From the NCBI GenBank assembly GCA_963666485.2, contig CAXXUO010000009.1:352001-416000 (forward strand): a stretch of DNA of 64,000 nucleotides, read 5' to 3'. This DNA is from Syntrophorhabdaceae bacterium. GTDB lineage: Bacteria > Desulfobacterota > Syntrophorhabdia > Syntrophorhabdales > Syntrophorhabdaceae. Below are positions 36,456 through 45,900 of the stretch, in pieces. The notes under the pieces were generated by a model. That model saw only the letters and a list, made by a program, of their open reading frames with translations, was not told the origin of the DNA and did no database searches. Every line of letters begins with the position of its first letter. The first letter of the stretch is position 1. Made by a program: the position numbers and the translations under genes.

Positions 36456-37100
36456 TCACGACGACCCGAAAATTGACAGTATATTACGCTCGCTTCTCCT
36501 CAGGGCGAGCCCGAAAAGATGATTGTGCCCTGCCCCGTCGAACCAGGGCCCTGTTACCGATTCCGACGGCCCGGAATCTAAACATTCTTCATGGACCCCC
36601 GATCCTTCAGGTTCCAGGTGATCGATGTGAACCTCCGGGACTTCATCTATCTCGGCCACATTCTCGAGACCGCCCGACATGTCCGCCAGCGAGAATCGCC
36701 AGCGCTGATCTTTTCGGGCAACCCGCTTCACCCTCTGTTCTATCCAGAGGCAAATATAAGAAGCGATCTCACCCGCCGATTTCGTGAGGTCGAGCCTGCC
36801 CTGCCTCGCGATCTGTATAAGAACAACGGTCGCGTCCTGGACATAATCATTGATCTGATCGTCAATTGTTCTTCCCTTATCGATCCTTCCCAGGACAGCC
36901 CTGACAATACTGCTGACCACCCCGGCCGAGTATAATTCCTCGACCATCTTCTGCTGGCCGTTCACCCGGGCATCCGCGATCAGGCATGTAAAGTCCCCGG
37001 TATTCATGGACCGGAAGAAGGCCCGTACATACGCGGTCATGGCCTGTGCGCGTTCGCTGCCTGTATTCATCCACGCTGTCGCTTCCATGCCTTGTGTCAT
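36456..37100 (-). CDS. hypothetical protein with sigma-70 region-2-like segment
   Basis: DYVQDATVVLIQ..LDLTKSAGEIASYICLWIEQRVKR; ATGA-coupled to the upstream gene. Confidence 0.55.
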   Translation of the reverse strand: MTQGMEATAWMNTGSERAQAMTAYVRAFFRSMNTGDFTCLIADARVNGQQKMVEELYSAGVVSSIVRAVLGRIDKGRTIDDQINDYVQDATVVLIQIARQGRLDLTKSAGEIASYICLWIEQRVKRVARKDQRWRFSLADMSGGLENVAEIDEVPEVHIDHLEPEGSGVHEECLDSGPSESVTGPWFDGAGHNHLFGLALRRSERNILSIFGSS

Positions 37101-37801
37101 ATCGTTTTTCCTCTTCCGGGGGCTTCCCCGGCATCTTCCCGGCGGGCGAACCGGACCTTTGCCTTGCCATATTCCAGTATCGCCAGGCGCTCCCCGGATC
37201 CTTCGGGAAACATTCTCGCGGCAATGGAGCAGGGTATGTTCACCTCTTCCCGAGCCATCCTGAATGCGTGCCCGAGATTATCAGCGGTGGGGTATTTTTC
37301 TATAAGTGTTATCATGCCGGGATCAAGGTGGGCGCCGACAACACCGATAAATCCTTCGATCCCCTTTTTCCCCGGAAGACGCGTGTCCTTGCGTGTTCCG
37401 TAAAGCCGTCGCCGTGCTCTCATGACATTGACTGTTATAAGAAGCCCACCGGACCCGAGAAAGACCGCTGCGATGAACCGCGTGCACGCCGTGGTATGCC
37501 CCGAAGAAGATTCGACCGCCTTCTCAAGCACATCTTTCCTGATGCCGGCATAACTGCCCTTCCGTGCGAGTTCGGCGTCGAGCGTATCCCTGACACTCCG
37601 GATCCTGTACAACTCGATCTCGTAATCAGGACAGGAAAATAAGCGGGCGTAAAGGCTTGCTTGAAAATGGAGCGACGGCAGCGTGATCCTGTGCAGGACG
37701 ATCGTGCTTCGCAATGCAAAGAAAGTCAGCAGTGCCAGTATGGCCAGGCCCGCAACGACGTAAGCAACATCATCCGAGCTTTTCTTCTCGATCCTCTCCA
37801 A
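37097..37801 (-). CDS. membrane protein, compact DotM/IcmP/TrbA-like
   Basis: Two TM regions with FQASLYARLF, and C-terminal AREEVNIPCS..YGK, resembling DotM segments as I recall them; TTG start after GGGGGG. Confidence 0.55.
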   Translation of the reverse strand: MERIEKKSSDDVAYVVAGLAILALLTFFALRSTIVLHRITLPSLHFQASLYARLFSCPDYEIELYRIRSVRDTLDAELARKGSYAGIRKDVLEKAVESSSGHTTACTRFIAAVFLGSGGLLITVNVMRARRRLYGTRKDTRLPGKKGIEGFIGVVGAHLDPGMITLIEKYPTADNLGHAFRMAREEVNIPCSIAARMFPEGSGERLAILEYGKAKVRFARREDAGEAPGRGKTI

Positions 37802-38069
37802 TACAATCCCCCCGACGTATTGAACGATGCTGGTATTTATCTGGATTTCAAATAATAAGTTACTGCTTTGGAATTTACTGCGGGAAACAACTGGCGATGT
37901 CTATAAAAATATATTTCGAGAAATACTGTCAAGATAAATATAGCGTACGGCACAATCAAAAATTAATAATTGCGGGGAACTGCCGTTTTGATGCGACCGG
38001 GGGCTATATCTCCTTATAAGGGACCGATCTTTTAAAGTGTCCCTGCCAGTTTTACCCGGAGGAGAAAAT

Positions 38070-38693
38070 ATGCGGGTCCTTATAGTTGCGGGCCTCGCCT
38101 GCTTTCTGACGGCCTGTTATATTCCTGCGAGCGGAGCCGTTGAAGCCGATCTTTCAAAGGTCTGTAATGAACTTAATGTGATGAAGAAAGAGGAACCCGA
38201 AAAGTACAGGGATTTCCGCTATGCCCTGCGGCATATACGCAGCGTCAACAGGAAGCAGTCAAACATTACATCTCTCCTTGTGGCAAAAGCGATAGCGGAC
38301 CATGTGCATGAAAAGAGGTTCCGGTATACATCCGAGGAACACAGGCTCAATTTCTTTTCTGTCATTATGGGTATCATTCGGGTCGAAAGCGGCTTTAACC
38401 CGGATGCCGTCAGCGGCAAGGACGCCCGCGGCCTGATGCAGGTCCACTGGCCGACATGGAAGAGATATTTTTCGTCACAGGAAGATATCCACGATATTCA
38501 CAGGAATCTTTCGGTGGGCACGGCAATTCTTACAGGGTACATGGCCGCATCGCGGAACGACCTCCGCGCCGCCTTGCACAAATACCTGGGCGCAAAGGAC
38601 GACGGATACGCGAACAAGGTGATCGCAAGCGCGCTATCTTTCAAGAAGAGCGTCCTGTTGCAGCCCATAAAGGATATGCCGGGTACGCAATAG
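38070..38693 (+). CDS. lytic transglycosylase (SLT domain)
   Basis: IRVESGFNPDAVS..ARGLMQV..NLSVGT..ALHKY; signal peptide; RBS GGAGGAG. Confidence 0.9.
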   Translation: MRVLIVAGLACFLTACYIPASGAVEADLSKVCNELNVMKKEEPEKYRDFRYALRHIRSVNRKQSNITSLLVAKAIADHVHEKRFRYTSEEHRLNFFSVIMGIIRVESGFNPDAVSGKDARGLMQVHWPTWKRYFSSQEDIHDIHRNLSVGTAILTGYMAASRNDLRAALHKYLGAKDDGYANKVIASALSFKKSVLLQPIKDMPGTQ

Positions 38694-38710
38694 CGTCCCC
38701 GGTAAACATT

Positions 38711-39364
38711 TTATTGTACTATCGGAACAAGATCCATCGGGTGTTCGAGCAGGAATTCGGCTCCATTGGAGACGAGTTCCTCTTTCGTCCTGAAACCCCA
38801 CAGGGCGCCGGCGGGGTGCATCCCCGCATTGCGGGCGGTTTGCATATCTACGTCGGAATCCCCGACGTATATCAGGTCCCCGGGTTCGATCCCGAGGCGC
38901 GCGCTTATTGCAAGGACCCCTTTCGGGTCCGGTTTTTCGGGCAGTTCAGGGCCGGACCCGAGAACAACGGCAAAATCGCAACCGGAAAAAAGCTCCGCCA
39001 TGATCTTCTTTGTAAGGTCATCGACCTTGTTTGAAAAAACGGCCCTGGCAATCTTAAGCCGCATGAGCTCCGTAAGCAGGTCAATGATGCCGGCGTACGG
39101 TCGGGTCATGTTGAGGTAATTTGCCCCGTATTCCGCGAGCAGCGCATCGCGGCAAAGCCCGATCTGCGCGGCATCCCGGGCATCCTCCGGCAAAGCCCTG
39201 ATAACGAGGTTCGTCATCCCGCGCCCGACAAACGCCTTGTACGTGTCGGTGCTATGCGTGGGAAAACCGTAGGTCGCCAGGACTTTGTTCATGGAATCCG
39301 CTATATCGTCAAGGGAATTAACAAGCGTCCCGTCAAGATCGAAAATGACACCCTTGTAGCGCAT
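38711..39364 (-). CDS. HAD hydrolase (phosphoglycolate phosphatase-like)
   Basis: FDLDGTL, SNK, KPDP, YVGDSDVD. Confidence 0.9.
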   Translation of the reverse strand: MRYKGVIFDLDGTLVNSLDDIADSMNKVLATYGFPTHSTDTYKAFVGRGMTNLVIRALPEDARDAAQIGLCRDALLAEYGANYLNMTRPYAGIIDLLTELMRLKIARAVFSNKVDDLTKKIMAELFSGCDFAVVLGSGPELPEKPDPKGVLAISARLGIEPGDLIYVGDSDVDMQTARNAGMHPAGALWGFRTKEELVSNGAEFLLEHPMDLVPIVQ

Positions 39365-39423
39365 CAATCCTCCGGCAGCGTATTTTTGCATAATAACGTA
39401 AAGCAGATCCGGAGAAACGTCAC

Positions 39424-40116
39424 CTATTTTTTCGTTCCGTCCGGCCAGGTGGCATCCGTAAGGTCTGCTTCTTCGAGGTCGGTAAGTGTCATGTCTGCGC
39501 GCGTGAGGTTTGCCCCGGCGAGATTAGCGTAGGCAAGCCTGGCGCGCGAGATATCAACCCCCGCGAGATTCACCCGGGCCAGATTGGCTCGGGAAAGGTT
39601 GGCATAGGAAAGGTCCGCATACGACAGGTTTGCCCCGGTGAGGTCAGACCCGATGAGCCCGGCGAGGGCAAGGTCCGCGCGTTCGAGGTCGCACCCCGCG
39701 AGATCGGCCCCGTTGAGGTCCGCCCCTGCCAGGTTGGCCCGGCTCAAATTCGCACCGGTCAGGATCGCGTTCGAACAATTTGCGCGGGAAAGGTCCACAC
39801 CCGACAGGTTTGCCCGGATGAGCCGGGCCTCCGAAAGGTCCGCTTCACACAGGGTCGCCCGGTAGAAGTTGGCGCGGGAAAGGTCGGCGTCGACGAGGAT
39901 GCAGCCGGACATGTCCGTCGCGGAAAGATTGGCCCTTACAAGGCTCGCGCCGGAGAGATCGGCACCGGACAAAATGGCCTGCGACAAATTAGCACCGGCC
40001 ATCTGTGCCCCGGATAGATCGAGCCTTGAAAGGTTCGCACACGCACCGCCCCGGTTGCTAAGCCACATCAGATGTTGAGACAGAACTTTCCTGAGATCTT
40101 TATCCGTTATTTCCAT
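39424..40116 (-). CDS. pentapeptide repeat protein
   Basis: Tandem A[DN]Lxx repeats ending ATWPDG. Confidence 0.92.
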   Translation of the reverse strand: MEITDKDLRKVLSQHLMWLSNRGGACANLSRLDLSGAQMAGANLSQAILSGADLSGASLVRANLSATDMSGCILVDADLSRANFYRATLCEADLSEARLIRANLSGVDLSRANCSNAILTGANLSRANLAGADLNGADLAGCDLERADLALAGLIGSDLTGANLSYADLSYANLSRANLARVNLAGVDISRARLAYANLAGANLTRADMTLTDLEEADLTDATWPDGTKK

Positions 40117-40134
40117 AATAATATGCCGGGGTGA

Positions 40135-40392
40135 TTACCAGAGCGTAGGCGAACTGGCGGCCCATCCACGGGCCTTCAGGCACGCATCGACCTCGTCGCA
40201 GACCCGTGTACCCTTCTGCGAATAGGTCTGTTCCGCTATTTTGGTGCACGCCGCTTTGTCCCGGTCGAAATCAGCCTGGGTCTTGCCGCGCTGCGAATAA
40301 TTGACGACGCAGCCGGAGAGGACGAGAGGAAGCGCCAGGCATAGCCCCGCAAATAGCCACCCGGGTTTTCCCCTGCGAAGATAGGATATCAT
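40135..40392 (-). CDS. small lipoprotein
   Basis: RBS AAGGAGG; LSG-C lipobox; FDRDKAAC..CLKARGW. Confidence 0.65.
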   Translation of the reverse strand: MISYLRRGKPGWLFAGLCLALPLVLSGCVVNYSQRGKTQADFDRDKAACTKIAEQTYSQKGTRVCDEVDACLKARGWAASSPTLW

Positions 40393-40563
40393 CGCGCCCT
40401 CCTTCGTGTTTCGCTGGGCAAAATACAGCACGGTCCGAAGAGGATCAGCCCTTTTAAAAGATTTTCCTGCAATGCGTTCCATTTTGCAACAAAGAATTGC
40501 GAAGAATTACATAGGACCGATCATAGGATTATTCTTGCCTTTATCCGCCCCGAAATACTATAA

Positions 40564-41076
40564 ATGAGTAATATGCTGGCATACACAGAGGAGGAACTGG
40601 ACCGGATACGGCAGGAATGCATGAAAATGTCCAACAGGCGCGCCCTGATCTCGGCAGCCGCATCGATAGTGCCGGTCCCGTTCACCGACATTGCAACGGA
40701 TATCATGGTCCTGAAGGACATTATCCCGAAAATAACGCAAAAATTTGGCCTCGCGAAAGAACAGATAAGCGGGTACGATCCGCAGCTGTCCATCATTATC
40801 TACGAAACGGCCAGGGAAATGGGGTCAAAGATCATCGGCAGGTGCCTGACGAAGGACCTCGTCTTCAGCCTCTTGAAAAAGATGGGCGTAAAGAAACTGA
40901 CCACGAAGCAGGTGGCCAGGTATTTGCCGCTCATCGGGCAGGTCATTTCCGCCGGGATGAGCTACGGCGGGATGATGCTCATCATCCGGCACCACATCAA
41001 CGAGTGCCACAAGGTCGCCCGGATCGTTGCCGGCAGGGTGGGCAGCCGCGAAAAGATACACCAGTTGACACGTTAA
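40564..41076 (+). CDS. hypothetical protein (DUF697-like)
   Basis: AASIVPVPFTDIATD..ITQKFGL..RYLPLIGQ. Confidence 0.7.
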   Translation: MSNMLAYTEEELDRIRQECMKMSNRRALISAAASIVPVPFTDIATDIMVLKDIIPKITQKFGLAKEQISGYDPQLSIIIYETAREMGSKIIGRCLTKDLVFSLLKKMGVKKLTTKQVARYLPLIGQVISAGMSYGGMMLIIRHHINECHKVARIVAGRVGSREKIHQLTR

Positions 41077-41402
41077 TCTCCGTACGCCCCGCTTTCTATC
41101 CTCTGAAGAAATCCGTTCTCAAACGTAAGGTAATAAATAAATCGGGAAGGGCCGAGGTTATACGTCCATTCCTCGATCTCCACCATCTCGAAATACCCGG
41201 GGGGAAGTCCCCGGGTGACCGTCCTGCGGGAAATATACGTAGGGGTGTCGCACTTAGCCGCGACGATGGAAAGCCTGTCGTGGACCGCTACAATAGTTCC
41301 GTTGGGGCATCGGAACGTGTCCGAGACCGCGGCAAATACAGGGAAGTATAACAGGCACCATGCGGTTACCGCACATAAAATAACTCCTATGGACCGGGTC
41401 AT
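41073..41402 (-). CDS. DUF2845-like exported protein
   Basis: Signal peptide, FRC..AKC..EEWTYNLGP..LTFENG. Confidence 0.75.
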   Translation of the reverse strand: MTRSIGVILCAVTAWCLLYFPVFAAVSDTFRCPNGTIVAVHDRLSIVAAKCDTPTYISRRTVTRGLPPGYFEMVEIEEWTYNLGPSRFIYYLTFENGFLQRIESGAYGD

Positions 41403-41662
41403 ATTTGCCTCCCTTGTATATTTCAATCTTCGCGGAACGGGGCCCTTGTGTCAAGGAATACTATCCCCGGTGTCGTCGTATGACCACGCCTCATGCACCT
41501 GAAGGATCTGAACGGCATAAGCGCCATCCTCAAACTTTTCTAAACATCGTCTAAAAAATCCTGCATTCGTGTACTGAAAACTATACATACCGGTCCGCTA
41601 CCCGCAAGGATGCTCGACAGGATTTCCCTTGAATTCCAAAGAGTTCTTTATACTCGGGCAAA

Positions 41663-41678
41663 CGGTATGCAAATTGCT
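41663..41678 (+). promoter_or_regulatory. putative sigma-54 promoter
   Basis: CGGTATGCAAATTGCT has GG-N10-GC spacing with TTGC. Confidence 0.45.
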
Positions 41679-41854
41679 TTGTAACAGAGATATTGAGATA
41701 TGCGTTTTTCGACGCAGATCTTATTCAGGAAATTAGGTCTTATTTTGGTTGTGGTTTTGTAATATTGGCTTTTCACAATCATTTTAGCAAAATCTTATCG
41801 GTAAGAAAGGTCGGCGTTCTTAGAACGACGCAAACCACAAGGGGGGAAGAAAAA

Positions 41855-42118
41855 ATGACGCGTGATAACATATTGATCAAGACGCGGGACCTGGTTAGCG
41901 GGATCGAATGCGACTACGTTTTCACCCGGGAACAGGCGGAAAAGATAATGAAAGCGGCGATTGATGAGCTTATCTCTCTCGGAAAGGAAGGCGCATGGAT
42001 CTGGGTCAGAAACAGCGAGATCGCCATCACTTTTGGCTACGGGGGAGACAAGGCCTTCCTGGAAAAAAACAGGGTCCTGAGTCAAATAGAGACACAAATG
42101 CTCTGCAGTTGTTTATGA
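41855..42118 (+). CDS. small hypothetical protein
   Basis: RBS AGGGGGG before ATG 41855; 87 aa. Confidence 0.55.
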   Translation: MTRDNILIKTRDLVSGIECDYVFTREQAEKIMKAAIDELISLGKEGAWIWVRNSEIAITFGYGGDKAFLEKNRVLSQIETQMLCSCL

Positions 42119-42332
42119 AATAGGGATCACAAAAAAATAAACAACTGCCGCGTCGTTTATATTTCATTTGCGTTACCGTTGCCGGACATGTCATCCCGGC
42201 GCTTGACGCCGTTCAACGTTTTGTTTCTTTAGACACTTTTTGAGCCAACCTCACTCATCCACATCATGCTCCCCTTAAAAAATAAAACAATCAGGTTGCA
42301 TCAATGGCCAACAATGTATAAAAAATAGAGAG

Positions 42333-42903
42333 GTGTATAACATGAAATCTATCAAGACAAGAATTTTATGTACGGCAATAATGGCAATAACCGCCCTGTT
42401 TCTTACCGGGCTGGATGGGGCGCTTGCGGCAACCGGCGAGGAGATCGAGCGTGATGCCCAAAGAGTGTTGACCCGCCTGTATTCAAAAGTACCTGCCGCG
42501 AAAGCGCTCGGCGAAAAAGCGAAAGCCGTATTGGTGTTCCCTTCCATAAAAAAAGCCGGTCTTATTGTCGGCGGGCAGTATGGGGAGGGGGGTACTTTTC
42601 AAAAAAGGGAAACGCGCCGGCTTTTATAACACATCCGGGGCTTCCTACGGCCTGCAGGCCGGTGCGCAGAAATTCGGCTATGCACTCTTTTTCATGACCG
42701 ACGCCGCTGTGGGCTACCTCGATAAGAGCGAGGGCTGGGAACTCGGTACGGCGCCAAACATCGTTATCCTGGATAAGGGGGCGGCATCAGGGATATCGAC
42801 AACCACCGCCCAGTCGGACATGTACGCGTTCTTCTTCGACCAGAAGGGCCTCATGGCGGGCCTTGGGCTGCAGGGAACCAAGATCACGCGCATCAATAAG
42901 TAA
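42333..42903 (+). pseudogene. Ysc84/SYLF lipid-binding domain protein, frameshifted
   Basis: AKAVLVFP..KAGLIVGGQYGEG continues as VLFKKG..GLQAGAQ..GLMAG in another frame; extra G in the G6 run 42587-42592; may be a sequencing error. Confidence 0.8.
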
Positions 42904-45900
42904 CGAACACGGGAGCCAATCGCTGAATGACCCTCATCTCCCGTCTCCAACCAGGACGAAACCGCCCCAGAAAAAAAGGGTGGGCTGTGGATATTTTCAG
43001 CCCTCCTATGTCGATAGATCTCCCTATCATATCGAGTTTTGCATCCCGTAATGCTTGAGCCCTGCCCTTCGACGAGATCATCTGGTGAGCTTTGATCATG
43101 AGGTCCCGCGTCGTCTCGCTTTCAACACTCCAGTGGGTTACCAGAACAGACGGCGTGCCTGCAAACATAAAAGATCTCGTCAGGCCCACAAAACCCTCGC
43201 CTTTATCTGTTCCCCCCTCCGCCGCAGATGTGTTGCACGCTGAAAGCGTGACAAGTTCGGCGTGAATATCGAGACCCAGGACCTCGTCCATTTCGAGCAG
43301 TCCATCATTCTTTCCATCCCCGACAAGGCTTAAGACGAGGGATGGCTGGTTCACCTTGAATTCACCGGCAAGCAGTCCATGTGTCGCAATCGTCACGTAC
43401 CGATACGGCTTGAGGTCTATCGTCTTCAGTACCGTCTCCCGGGCATCCTCCCTCAGGAAGGGTTTCTTCTTTGCTTTCAGGGTCATCGCTATCGCCTTGA
43501 CCTCATCCGCGGTCGCCGACAGGCGGGGCAATACCTTGCAAGGATCGGCATCGGTCAGTGAGCCGGACCCCCTCAAGGCCATCAGCGCCAGGTCCGTCCC
43601 CCTGTTGAGAAAGACATCTTTTCCTCCCTTCTTCAATTCCCGGGGGCAGAAAACGGGGTCTGCAAAGGCGACGAGAGGCTCCGACCATTTACCGTAACCA
43701 TCCTTCAAGAACATCCGGACGGAAGAAAGCACGGACACGGAAGGAAGGTAGGATACTGAATAACTTTTCAACAGGAAGGGGATGCGGCCGTAGTCTGAGG
43801 AACGTATGGCTTTACTCAGGGTGAAACCTTCATATTTCCTGATAAGTTCCTCTGTCTCCGGGCCGTCCTTGACGAGCGTTTCGAAGGGAAGTGTATAGAG
43901 GACATCGTGCGCTGAAATGTAGATGATCTGCGCACCCTGTATATGTTTTTCAACGGATCTGACGAGAACACCGTATAGTTCGTTGGCCGCTTTCACGTTA
44001 TAAGCTGCAAGGTCGTCGGGATTCCCCGTTCTCCCCACTTTTTCCAGTGAATATTTGTAGGACCGTATCTTGCTTCGCAGCTCATTGCTCTTTATATCGG
44101 TAACCGCAATATGGACATCCCCGGCCGTAATAACCCAGGCTATAAGATTTTCCTCGGTAATGAAGTAGGAGATGATAATTTCACCCGGTTTCAGGACATT
44201 CTCCTGCAGCTCCTTTATTGTCTTCGGCCTTGGTTTTTTAAGATCGGCATATTCAGGGAAATTTGATTCAATCTCGCGTTCGAGGACCGCGAGCCGGGTT
44301 TCCGTGGCGATCAAGTCCTTTTCGAAGGTCTTGATCAGGTTCTGGTCCCGCCTGGCCTCCGGCTTATTGAATGCCTCTGTAAGATGGTTCCTGTATTGCG
44401 TTAGATTGTCCACCAGGTCCCGTTCCCTGTTGACGTATTGCCCGATCCGTGGATTGCTTCTTCCGATCACGCGCCGCGCACTCGCCTTTGCCAGCATCTC
44501 CTGGAATGTTCGTGCCTTCGCCTGTTCGGAGACATAAAACGCCTGGATGCCGTCCTCAAGGTGCGACCCTTTTCTGTAACTCCTGATCAAAAGAGATATT
44601 AGTGCTTCATAGGGTTTTGACCGCCGTGCGAAAAACGTCAGTTTATGCTCTTCCGAGGTGAGTTTGCTTCGCATGGATTCCATGGCGTCGATAGAGGCCA
44701 TGTAAGCTTTCTTGGCCTTTTCAATCTCACCCTGCCGTTCATAAATGGTCCCTTTATTCAAATGGATCGCGGCAATATACTCGAGCGCATGGATCCGAGC
44801 GTACACCCTGATAGCCTGATCATAGGAGGCCAGGGCGCCCTCGTAGTCATTGCGCGGCTCGTAGAAAGACAGCGCCATATATTGGTATGTCCTTCCGAGG
44901 GACATAAGGTCGCCGATGGATTCCCATACCTTCACCGTTTCCTGGAATGTCTGCAGACATTCCTTATCCTGGCCAAGGGCTGCCTGCGCACGAAACTTAT
45001 GGTGCAGCGCCAGACCTGTCCACTCTTTCTCTCCCATGGATGAAGAGGCCAGTTCAAGCGCCCTGTCTGCCCACTGCAAGGACAGCTGATAATGAGGCAG
45101 CCTCTCTTCGGCCGGGATGACCGCCCCGAGTTCCTGGTTAAGCTGACTGAGCGCCCTCATGATGTATCCCTGCCGCCATCGGTCATTGACCTGTATGGCG
45201 CATTCAAGGGCCTGGCGCTCGTATTCGATCGCTTCCCTGTACAACTTTGCCTTCGATGCGCTGCCGTTACCCGTTGATGACCAGTCGGCCAGTTTTTCCG
45301 TGCATAGACCGAGGTGGTTAAGCGCCCTGGCCCTGGCTTGCGCCCTCATGCCGGCATCGGCAATAAGGCCGGCGGTCTCCAGCGCTTTCTTGTGATATTC
45401 GATCGCCTTGTCGTAATCACCCAGCTGCCTGTAGAAGAACCCCAGGTAATCATTGAACCTGGCTATATAGACCGGGTCCCGGCCTTTTTCCGCAAGATGA
45501 ACGGCCCGCGTATAAGATTCATGGGCACCTCCGAAATCTGCGGAAGCCACATAAATGTCCCCCAGCTGGCAAAGCGCCCTTCCCATTTCACGCCAGTCCT
45601 CCTCGGGCCTGAAGATCGCCAGCGACTTCTTGTAGAACTCTATTGCCTTCGAGTAGTCCTTTCTCCGTTCGTAAGCATCACCCAGGTCGATAAGCGCCTG
45701 GCCCTGCCCTGCCCTGTCACCCGCATCCCTTGAAAGAAGCAGCGCCTTATTATGGGTCCTTATGGCCTCATCGTAGTTGGCCATTTTTCTTTCCGCCTGG
45801 CCAAGATAGTGCAGGGTTTCCGCTTCCCCTGCGGTATCGGACAACTGGCGATAAAGGCCAATGGCTTTTTTCGCGGGAGCCGGGACACCCCCATAAAGGC

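Noticed and set aside
35974..37470. GPEKDRC peptide present in both the ParB-like protein and a plus-strand shadow ORF
   Set aside because: Short imperfect match, and the second copy is antisense to a likelier gene; consistent with chance.
37802..38069. Possible oriT in the AT-rich divergent gap (short palindromes tatttc-ga-gaaata, ccttataagg)
   Set aside because: No recognisable nic motif and no relaxase; short palindromes are expected in promoter DNA.
41656..41720. GGGCAAAC resembling the start of a c-di-GMP-I riboswitch
   Set aside because: The following GAAA-capped stem and GCAAAG element are not present.
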